Positions 28,919-36,051 of a DNA stretch of 64,000 nucleotides are shown here, piece by piece (positions within the stretch are counted from its first letter, which is position 1; every line of letters begins with the position of its first letter). A model generated the notes under the pieces. The model searched no databases. It saw only the letters and a list, made by a program, of their open reading frames with translations, and was not told the origin of the DNA. The stretch is taken from IMG/VR virus record IMGVR_UViG_3300026177_000194, positions 26,026 through 90,025 of that record, one strand, 5' to 3'. Position numbers and translations under genes: made by a program. The DNA is from a virus. Taxonomy: Duplodnaviria; Caudoviricetes.

Positions 28919-29221
28919 TTACTTAAATTTCCTCTTTTTCATTTCTGCAGAAATCTCACCCCTTAATTTAATTACACAAGGTGGTTTTATTAAACCAGAT
29001 CTAAATCCTGACCCAGTTAAGTAATTCATTACTATTCTTAACTTATCATCACTTGTAGTTGAAATATTTCCAAGATATTTTCTTAATTGTAAACAACACC
29101 ATTCAGATCTAACTTTCCATTGACCTAATAGTGATTTTCTAACTTTTTGCCACTCTTCATTTTTAACCAATTCCATCATTGGTTTTTTGTTAGATTCTGT
29201 CATATTAATCTCCTGTATCAT
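28919..29221 (-). CDS. Hypothetical protein
   Basis: 100-aa ORF. Confidence 0.6.
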   Translation of the reverse strand: MIQEINMTESNKKPMMELVKNEEWQKVRKSLLGQWKVRSEWCCLQLRKYLGNISTTSDDKLRIVMNYLTGSGFRSGLIKPPCVIKLRGEISAEMKKRKFK

Positions 29222-29390
29222 CTTGAAGTTTACACCAATTTGGAAAATAATTAAATTCTCTAGCTAGTTTCTTTTTGTTTACATTTCTAGATGATTTTTT
29301 ACAATAATAAGATTGATAAAAATCAGAATAATCTTTATGAATTAAAAATGGACATTCAGAACAACTTTCAATTACTATTTTTTTACTCAT
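29205..29390 (-). CDS. Small Cys-rich hypothetical protein
   Basis: CSECPF...YYC...FPNWCKL. Confidence 0.6.
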   Translation of the reverse strand: MSKKIVIESCSECPFLIHKDYSDFYQSYYCKKSSRNVNKKKLAREFNYFPNWCKLQDDTGD

Positions 29391-29571
29391 ATTCTGATAA
29401 CTCCGTATAATCTTTTTCTGGTGATTCTATAAAACATCTTTTTAAATAATCTTTACCACCATCTACTGAAACTCTTCCGCAAAAACATGATTTGAAATCA
29501 TGTCTATGTACAGATTCAATAATATCTTTACAAAAGTTGCATTGAATCTTATTAGTCTTTATAATAATAAC
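29383..29571 (-). pseudogene. 3' part of a small zinc-ribbon phage gene split by the IscB element (first 3 codons at 31060-31068)
   Basis: Removing 29572-31059 restores MDKVIIIKTNKIQCNFCKDIIESVHRHDFKSCFCGRVSVDGGKDYLKR... Confidence 0.75.
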
Positions 29572-31059
29572 GAAGAAAACTAAGAGGTCTTTAGACCCTT
29601 AGATGAATTCGTTAAAATTCTGTTACCATTGAATTTGATCTTCTTTTTAAAATTTTAACTTCTGTTAATTTTACAAGTTTCTTCATGCTATTGTTAAATA
29701 TATCCATAACAATAGCATATCCTGTTGACATCCTTCCCTTTACAAAACAAATAATATTATTACATTTAATTTTATCAAATTTTCTAACATTCATAATTTT
29801 CCCAGTTGGTATTTTCATTTGACTTCTAATTCCTTTTGTTTGTTGATAATCACCTTTTGATATATTTTTAATATGAAATCTATTATCTGGAATTACATCT
29901 AGAATTGAACAAGCATTATTTATTGGATTGTGTTCTAAATTTAAATTTTGTCTTTTTGATTTAACTAAAAAACCATAGGTTTCAATTGAATTTTCAATAA
30001 TAGAATTCTTTCTGATTATAGATAATTCAGTGTCAGGTTTTCCTTTATATACATTTTTATCAATATTTAAAATTATCTTTCCTCTATGATATTCAACATG
30101 ACAAGTTTTACAAAGTGTTATAATATTTTCTATATTATCTTCTCCTCCATGTTCTCTATGAATAACATGATGAGCATGAAGTTCATAATTTTTGGATTTT
30201 CCTTTACAATGTCTACATCTAAAATTATCTCTTTCAAAAACTTGTCTTTGTAAATTTAACCATTCTAAATCTTTAGGACCTTGATAATCTTTTTTTATAG
30301 AATTTTTAACAATAATCCAATTTAGATTTGGAAGTATTTTTTCAACCCTTCTAATTTCTCTTTTATGACTTTCTATTTTTGATGTTATTGTTGGATTAAA
30401 TTTTCTATTACTTTTTCTATTTAAAAATCTGCATTTTCTATATCTAGTTTTTCTATTTCTTCTGGTAATTCTATATGATTTTCTTCTTTTCATTTTCATT
30501 GAAATGTCATTTCTTAATTCTATTGTTGAACTATATACACACTTATTGTTTGCTCTTGATGAAATTCCAATTTTACTTGAACTTGGAACAATTGATGATT
30601 CAACTTTTTGTCTATAACCACTTGATCCATATAAAAGTTTAATTGTGAAAGGACAATTATTTACAACTTTTGCTTTCCCATCTTCTAATAATTTTCTTGC
30701 TTTTCTTGGTTTACATGGCATTAAAGGTTTACCATGTTTGTTTAGTACAAAAACTAACATATGAGTTTTTTCTCCTATTCCTGAGTTATGGCTGTTTTCA
30801 ATCTTTTACCAATTGAAAATTAGCAACTTCCTCTCGACAATGTTATTTTAGCTTACTCATTTAAAACGAGTCAATCTGGGTTGACTAAGAGTTTCCTCTT
30901 TGTTTACAGTGCCCACTTAGAGCCAGAAACTGAGGCGACATTTCTGGGTAAGATAACTAAAATAACGTAGGTAAAATTTCTTTTACCTTAGTCTGGTGAA
31001 CCAATTACTCTTCTAGATCACTCCAGAAGCCTTAACTCTTAAGAGTTAAGGTGATTCAC
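29572..31059 (-). mobile_element. Non-autonomous IS200/IS605-type IscB element
   Basis: Terminal hairpins at both ends (ctaagaggtc...cccttag; ccttaactct/agagttaagg...TTCAC); precise excision restores the host ORF. Confidence 0.8.
29612..30760 (-). CDS. iscB: IscB (PLMP-RuvC-bridge helix-HNH) with degenerate RuvC
   Basis: GKPLMPC, RRNRKTRYRKCRF, HHVIHREHGG..N..TLC..CH; the RuvC D/E/H/D positions read V/K/P/N. Confidence 0.85.
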   Translation of the reverse strand: MLVFVLNKHGKPLMPCKPRKARKLLEDGKAKVVNNCPFTIKLLYGSSGYRQKVESSIVPSSSKIGISSRANNKCVYSSTIELRNDISMKMKRRKSYRITRRNRKTRYRKCRFLNRKSNRKFNPTITSKIESHKREIRRVEKILPNLNWIIVKNSIKKDYQGPKDLEWLNLQRQVFERDNFRCRHCKGKSKNYELHAHHVIHREHGGEDNIENIITLCKTCHVEYHRGKIILNIDKNVYKGKPDTELSIIRKNSIIENSIETYGFLVKSKRQNLNLEHNPINNACSILDVIPDNRFHIKNISKGDYQQTKGIRSQMKIPTGKIMNVRKFDKIKCNNIICFVKGRMSTGYAIVMDIFNNSMKKLVKLTEVKILKRRSNSMVTEF

Positions 31060-31083
31060 TTTATCCATTGTTTTAAATTCCTT
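30775..31083 (-). ncRNA. IscB omega-RNA (HEARO-like) with 5' guide
   Basis: GTGAATCAC...GGTTCACCAGACTAAG...CTACGTT...CCAGAAATGTCGCCTCAGTTTCTGGCTCT...AACATTGTCGAG upstream of iscB; boundaries approximate. Confidence 0.75.
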
Positions 31084-31159
31084 TGGCGTCGGTAATTGGA
31101 TTTGAACCAATGTTGACCGAGTGTTAGGGACTCGCGCTAAACCTCTCAGCTATACCGAC
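31084..31159 (-). tRNA. tRNA with CUA anticodon (amber-suppressor type), atypical C33
   Basis: 76-nt cloverleaf: GTCGGTA/TACCGAC, D stem GCTG/TAGC, anticodon stem CGAGT/ACTCG with loop CC-CTA-AC, T arm ATTGG-TTCAAAT-CCAAT, encoded CCA. Confidence 0.8.
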
Positions 31160-31160
31160 A

Positions 31161-31475
31161 TTATTCTAATAAATTTAACGAACTTAAAAAACCAGAATCT
31201 TCTTCATTCACAAGAGCACAAAATGCAGTCATCTCATTATTTAAATCCGGTTCATAAAAAACACTAGTTTCAATGTTTCTTTTTTCAAATTTAAATAACC
31301 AATTTTTTAATTTTTTTAAATTTTCAACTTGTAAATAAACCAGAATATGATTATTCCATATAGTTGAAAACCTGCTGCGCAAACAAAATTCCGCAGTAGC
31401 GTGACCAGCTTGCACAGCAGGTGATGAATAATCTAAATCCTTACGCACAAGCACGTATAGCTTGCTCTGCTTCAT
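31161..31475 (-). CDS. Peptidyl-tRNA hydrolase PTH2-like protein
   Basis: KLYVLVRKDL...AVQAGHA...FYEPDLNNEMTA. Confidence 0.7.
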   Translation of the reverse strand: MKQSKLYVLVRKDLDYSSPAVQAGHATAEFCLRSRFSTIWNNHILVYLQVENLKKLKNWLFKFEKRNIETSVFYEPDLNNEMTAFCALVNEEDSGFLSSLNLLE

Positions 31476-31743
31476 ATTTGTCTAAAATTTCCTTTTTGAT
31501 TTTGTCGATATAACTTTGACTTGGTTTGTTTGATTCTGATGGTTTTTCAATTTGATGTCTGCTTCTTCCTCGTAGTTCACAATATGCTATGTGAGTATGT
31601 CTAAAATGATATCTTAACTGATTCAGATTAGACTCAATTTCCCATAACTTTTTGGCACCACGATTTTTTAAGGGTCTTTGATTTTTTAAAGCTCTAATTT
31701 CAGATGCAATACTTTTTAACTTTGATTTTGTTTCTCTTAACAT
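31441..31743 (-). CDS. Hypothetical basic protein
   Basis: 100 aa; HTHIAYCELRGR..QIE. Confidence 0.65.
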   Translation of the reverse strand: MLRETKSKLKSIASEIRALKNQRPLKNRGAKKLWEIESNLNQLRYHFRHTHIAYCELRGRSRHQIEKPSESNKPSQSYIDKIKKEILDKYEAEQAIRACA

Positions 31744-31749
31744 GATTTT

Positions 31750-31809
31750 GTCCTCCTTGGATTGATTTGTATTATTGTATTTTTAACATGACATCAATCC
31801 AAGGAGGAC
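31750..31809 (-). promoter_or_regulatory. 17-bp perfect hairpin sequestering the Shine-Dalgarno of the 31743 ORF
   Basis: 31750-31766 pairs with 31793-31809; on the minus strand the 3' arm contains AAGGAGGAC just before the ATG. Confidence 0.65.
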
Positions 31810-31883
31810 CTCTAAATTGTTGATTTAAATAATTATTAATCTACTTCATTTTGTCACCACCTTTTAGTTTTATTTTGAACCGA

Positions 31884-32096
31884 TTAAGCTTTTGGAGCTC
31901 TGGTTTTTGTCGGCATAGCCTTTAGAGCATCCATGGTTGCAACTCTAATGTCCTGCCAGAGTTTCTTACTGATCTGGGCTTCTTTCCGGACCTTTCCTGC
32001 TGCAACCTTTTTACCCTTTTCAAACTCAGCAATTTCAACTTTCGCTGCATTCAAACTTGCTTCCAACTTTTCTACCAATTCATTTAATACACTCAT
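31884..32096 (-). CDS. Histone H1-like (Hc1-family) nucleoid protein
   Basis: EFEKGKKVAAGKVRKEAQISKKLWQDIR resembles the Hc1 pattern (GNKAAGTRARK). Confidence 0.6.
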   Translation of the reverse strand: MSVLNELVEKLEASLNAAKVEIAEFEKGKKVAAGKVRKEAQISKKLWQDIRVATMDALKAMPTKTRAPKA

Positions 32097-32225
32097 TTTC
32101 TATTCTCCTTCTCTTTAAAAATTTTGTTTTATTAGTTTTATGTAACCCCATTATTCGCCGCTTTTTAATTCTCATTTTTAATTTGTTCTAAAATTTTAAG
32201 TAAGAAGATTGTACTAAAAAAGATT

Positions 32226-32675
32226 TTAAATATGAGGCATGGTGTTAATGATGAACATAATTTCATTTAAGCATTTATTATGAACCATAGCGTCGCCATA
32301 CGCAGAATCGCAGACGCACTTATCACAGCAATATAAAATTAACAACCCTTCCATACATCCTCGTTTAATAGAATTATAATGCTTAACCATTCCATCACTT
32401 AAAAAACCACAATAATTTCTAATACCTTGGATGCTTCCATCTAAAAATCCATTTTGTTTAGCTTGATCTGTTAAATCATAAATAACCTGATCTAGATCAT
32501 TTAAATTTGCATCACATATGCATGCGCAAAAAAGCGGCCAGCCCTCTACCATTGTTTTTCTGACCAAGAGGGGAGACCAATTCTTATCTAATAATCTTGT
32601 TACTGTTTTACTATCATCTCTTGTAAATCCCGCGTTCGCCTCTTTTCCCATATTTACCATTGTTGCTTCACTCAT
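32226..32675 (-). CDS. Cys-rich hypothetical protein
   Basis: 149 aa; CACIC, CCDKCVC. Confidence 0.55.
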   Translation of the reverse strand: MSEATMVNMGKEANAGFTRDDSKTVTRLLDKNWSPLLVRKTMVEGWPLFCACICDANLNDLDQVIYDLTDQAKQNGFLDGSIQGIRNYCGFLSDGMVKHYNSIKRGCMEGLLILYCCDKCVCDSAYGDAMVHNKCLNEIMFIINTMPHI

Positions 32676-32802
32676 TTTTCTTTCCTTTCTTAAATACTAA
32701 TTTTCGTTTTTAATATAAAAAAATAAATAGTTTTTATTTCCTCGTCAACTAAAAGTTTCTATTTTATGATTTGTTCTCAAAAATAAAAAAAGTTTCTTGT
32801 TT

Positions 32803-33093
32803 TTAAGTTAAATACACAATTTCCCAATCATTTGATAAAATATCTGTCTGACTTGCTAACCACGGAACTATTTTTTCATCGAAAGTTTTCATAGCGATAA
32901 ATGGCAAGTTTTCATAATTATCATTAATTTCGTTTGTATATGTCCAATTTTTTATAATAAAAATATACATGTTTTTACCATTCCAATTTTTCCTACATAA
33001 TCTGTTTCCGTCTTTTAATAACATCAATGCATCACTAAAATTATAATTCATAATGTTCTCCATTTTACTTTTTTTAAATAATTTCCCAATCAT
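32803..33093 (-). CDS. Tad2-like (DUF2829) signal-sponge anti-defence protein
   Basis: FSDAL..LKDG....RKNWNGKNMY...MKT.D.KIVPWLASQTDILSNDW matches SPO1 Tad2. Confidence 0.8.
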   Translation of the reverse strand: MIGKLFKKSKMENIMNYNFSDALMLLKDGNRLCRKNWNGKNMYIFIIKNWTYTNEINDNYENLPFIAMKTFDEKIVPWLASQTDILSNDWEIVYLT

Positions 33094-33316
33094 CAGAATG
33101 CAGATCTGTATAATTAGATAACCATGGAACTATCAAACCATCAATATACTTAGTGATTGAGAATGAAAAATTTAATCCTCTTCTTTTATTCCAATTTTCA
33201 ACAAATAATGATTGTTTTTGACATGAATAAATTAAGTAAATATTTTTATTATACCACCCAACTCTACTAATCTTTTTTCCATTTTTAAGATGTTTAAAAG
33301 CTTCTTGAAATAACAT
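33074..33316 (-). CDS. Second, diverged Tad2-like (DUF2829) protein
   Basis: FQEAF..LKNGKKISRVGW...IVPWLSNYTDLHSDDW. Confidence 0.7.
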   Translation of the reverse strand: MLFQEAFKHLKNGKKISRVGWYNKNIYLIYSCQKQSLFVENWNKRRGLNFSFSITKYIDGLIVPWLSNYTDLHSDDWEII

Positions 33317-33317
33317 C

Positions 33318-33752
33318 TTATTTTTCTTTACTTAGAATAAATTCAAAACAATCTTTAACTGTATTGAATCTTGCTTCACAATGAAATTTCAACCATGGAT
33401 TTTCCAACAAATTATCATCAGAACTAATTATAAATACTGGAATACCTTTTGTATGTGCATACATTATTTCCATAAAAGTTCCAATCATAATTTTTCCTTC
33501 TGGTAGATGTTCAACCTTCGCGATCAACATATCACATTGATTAATCATTTTCTTATCGCGTCTTATTAAATAAATATCTGATAATTCTTTTCCAATATCC
33601 TCATACACTTCATCAAATGTTATTGTCATTGGGTCTAAAATATTAAAATGTTCCCCATAGTTTTCTTTAACTTCTTTTCTATATTCTAAATCCTTGTTAT
33701 AACCTGCTAAATAGATTGTAAATTTCAAGCTTGGACGATTTTTTATGTTCAT
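33318..33752 (-). CDS. Nucleoside 2-deoxyribosyltransferase-family protein
   Basis: IYLAG, DP, D..MI..CD.LIA, GTFMEIMYA...GIPV. Confidence 0.75.
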   Translation of the reverse strand: MNIKNRPSLKFTIYLAGYNKDLEYRKEVKENYGEHFNILDPMTITFDEVYEDIGKELSDIYLIRRDKKMINQCDMLIAKVEHLPEGKIMIGTFMEIMYAHTKGIPVFIISSDDNLLENPWLKFHCEARFNTVKDCFEFILSKEK

Positions 33753-33764
33753 TTCTTTTCCTTT

Positions 33765-34256
33765 CTATACATAAATCTTTTTCCCATCTCTTCTAACAAA
33801 TGGGTGTTCTACAATAGATCCGGTATACTCTCTAATTTTTACTCCTGCTTCTTCAAATAAAACTAATGTTCTTTTATTATGTTCTTCCCATATTTTACTT
33901 TCGTATGGTTGTAAAACATGATATATAACTTCAATTATTCCTGATTGAACAATCCCTCTTGCGCAATCCATACATGGAATTCCAGTTACATATAATTTAC
34001 ATCTATCTAAAGAAACACCATTTTTTGCAGCATTATAAATTGCATTTCTTTCTCCGTGCTCAAACCAAAAATATTTTTCAGGTCTTTCTTGTCTTTCTGG
34101 AACATAATCATTAATACCAGATGGAAAAGAATTATACCCTGTTGATTTAATTCTATTAAAACAATCAACAATTATAGTTGCATTTTGAGTTTTCATGTCC
34201 TTACTTTTCATAGCTACCAAATATAACATCGAAACAAAATATTCATCCCATTCCAT
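33765..34256 (-). CDS. dCMP deaminase
   Basis: HGERNAI and PCMDCAR zinc motifs. Confidence 0.85.
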   Translation of the reverse strand: MEWDEYFVSMLYLVAMKSKDMKTQNATIIVDCFNRIKSTGYNSFPSGINDYVPERQERPEKYFWFEHGERNAIYNAAKNGVSLDRCKLYVTGIPCMDCARGIVQSGIIEVIYHVLQPYESKIWEEHNKRTLVLFEEAGVKIREYTGSIVEHPFVRRDGKKIYV

Positions 34257-34807
34257 TATTCAAACTCTCCATATCCACTAAAAATATCATTTGAATTTAT
34301 ACTATATAATTTTAACATTTCTTTAATTAATTCTTTACTCATTCCCAATAATGGAGCATAAACAGTAATTGGTTTTGCTCCGCTAATTTTTAAAAGTTCG
34401 TTCATCTTCCCAATATATGGTTGCAAACAATCTGGGAAATCTAATTCAAAATCTTGCCAATTTGCACCAAACCAAATCTCAGTAATATTTTTAGATTCAG
34501 CAATTCCTGCCGCTAAAGTTAAAAATATTGAATTTCTTTGGGGTACATTATGAATATTAACACCTCGATAAATTCCTTTTTCTCCATTACCAGTCAATGC
34601 TGAATTAACCTCATAACCATCAATTTTAATTGTCATGTTTTTAATTTTATTTTTTTCACAATATCTCTTTGCAAATTCCAATTCTTGAATATGTAGTTGA
34701 TTATAATCTATCATTAAAGCTAGCGGTTTTCTGTTAATTTTTTCTGCGATTTTTAATAACAATGTTGAATCAGCTCCACCAGAAAATAATATTACTAAAT
34801 CTGTCAT
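34256..34807 (-). CDS. queC: QueC-like 7-cyano-7-deazaguanine synthase lacking the C-terminal zinc-binding motif
   Basis: PP-loop SGGADS, YNQLHIQE, VPQRNSIFL, FPDC; ends FSGYGEFE at 183 aa. Confidence 0.8.
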   Translation of the reverse strand: MTDLVILFSGGADSTLLLKIAEKINRKPLALMIDYNQLHIQELEFAKRYCEKNKIKNMTIKIDGYEVNSALTGNGEKGIYRGVNIHNVPQRNSIFLTLAAGIAESKNITEIWFGANWQDFELDFPDCLQPYIGKMNELLKISGAKPITVYAPLLGMSKELIKEMLKLYSINSNDIFSGYGEFE

Positions 34808-34936
34808 ATTTACAAACTATCCTTTCTTTTTGTTTATTTGTTCTATTCTTTCTAGAAAATATCCTGTTTAAAAATTCAGTATTCTAAGATCTACTATATA
34901 TATTAATTTTTGAAATAATTAAAAAAGGAGATGTAT

Positions 34937-35062
34937 ATGACGGAAATTATTGATGTTGTTAAAAAATGTTGGAAGGAAGATCCTAAAAGAGTTATTGCGC
35001 AAGTAGTAACTATAATTATGATCTTCATTTTAATAATTGCGTTTTTACAACCAAGCTTTTAA
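34937..35062 (+). CDS. Small membrane peptide (41 aa)
   Basis: AAGGAG SD; VIAQVVTIIMIFILIIAFL; follows the plus-strand promoter motif. Confidence 0.55.
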   Translation: MTEIIDVVKKCWKEDPKRVIAQVVTIIMIFILIIAFLQPSF

Positions 35063-35075
35063 GGAGGAATTAAGA

Positions 35076-35252
35076 ATGGAAGAGAACAAAACAAATGAAG
35101 TGGTTGAAAAGAAATGGTATCAGAAAACGTGGGTTATCGCTACCGGTTTGATCCTTACCCACATTGCTGCCGCCGCAGTCGGTTATGTTATCGGCGCCAA
35201 TTCCGGCGATGAATCCGGCGAGAACGCAGACACGGATTCTCTGGATAACTAA
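35076..35252 (+). CDS. Small membrane protein (58 aa)
   Basis: AAGGAGG SD before ATG 35076; WVIATGLILTHIAAAAVGYVIG. Confidence 0.6.
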   Translation: MEENKTNEVVEKKWYQKTWVIATGLILTHIAAAAVGYVIGANSGDESGENADTDSLDN

Positions 35253-35390
35253 CCATTATTAATGGTTAGAAACATTTACAAAAATGAGAGAGCAATCTCT
35301 CATTTTTTGGTTGTTATTTTTTTTGTATAGATTGTTTTACTATATATATTAATTATTGAATAAAACTAAATAAAAACAGGAGGAAAAATT

Positions 35391-35738
35391 ATGGCAACTT
35401 TACATCAAGACGATGCATTCTTTGAGATTGCTCTAGAAAATTTTCCAAGATTATTAATGAAATTTAATAAATTGGGAAAAGAAGATTACAGAAGTTTTGA
35501 AAGAAAAATGGTTGATGGTTTATCGATTGATCCAGTTGATAGAGCATGTGACATTGCTTTATCAAACAAAAAGTTTAAAGCGGCTGTTTCGGGAATCAAC
35601 AAAATTAAAAAATTTAAAAACGAAAGAGTTTTCGAGTTGAAGGAAGACATTAATAACCGGGTTAATGTGATGGAGCATACACCTGGTAAAAAATCTTTCT
35701 TTGGAAAAATTTTCCGAACAGTACTGGACAATCTTTAA
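35391..35738 (+). CDS. Hypothetical protein
   Basis: 115 aa; own promoter motif (35338-35360), AGGAGG SD and a terminator at 35746-35782. Confidence 0.65.
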   Translation: MATLHQDDAFFEIALENFPRLLMKFNKLGKEDYRSFERKMVDGLSIDPVDRACDIALSNKKFKAAVSGINKIKKFKNERVFELKEDINNRVNVMEHTPGKKSFFGKIFRTVLDNL

Positions 35739-35787
35739 AAAAATTAAAAATAACTTCCCATTATATCAGGGGGGTTATTTTTTGATA

Positions 35788-36051
35788 TCAAATTTTATTT
35801 TTTTTTGTTTCATATTTTATTACTGACTTTTTAGGAATTGTCAAAACTAATCTTTCTGAATTTGTTATTGGTTCGAAATCTTGTGAAATAATTATACAAT
35901 CATCATCTTGATACACTAGTATACCAACTGAATATATTTCTTTTGGTTTAACTTCATCAATCTCTTCTTTATTAACACATCCTTCAATTCTATAATAAGT
36001 TGAATCAATCCATTTAATTATAGCAATTTCAAAAGTCATAATTACCTCCAT
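35788..36051 (-). CDS. Hypothetical phage protein
   Basis: IIKWIDS...SVGILVYQDDDCIIISQD. Confidence 0.6.
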   Translation of the reverse strand: MEVIMTFEIAIIKWIDSTYYRIEGCVNKEEIDEVKPKEIYSVGILVYQDDDCIIISQDFEPITNSERLVLTIPKKSVIKYETKKNKI

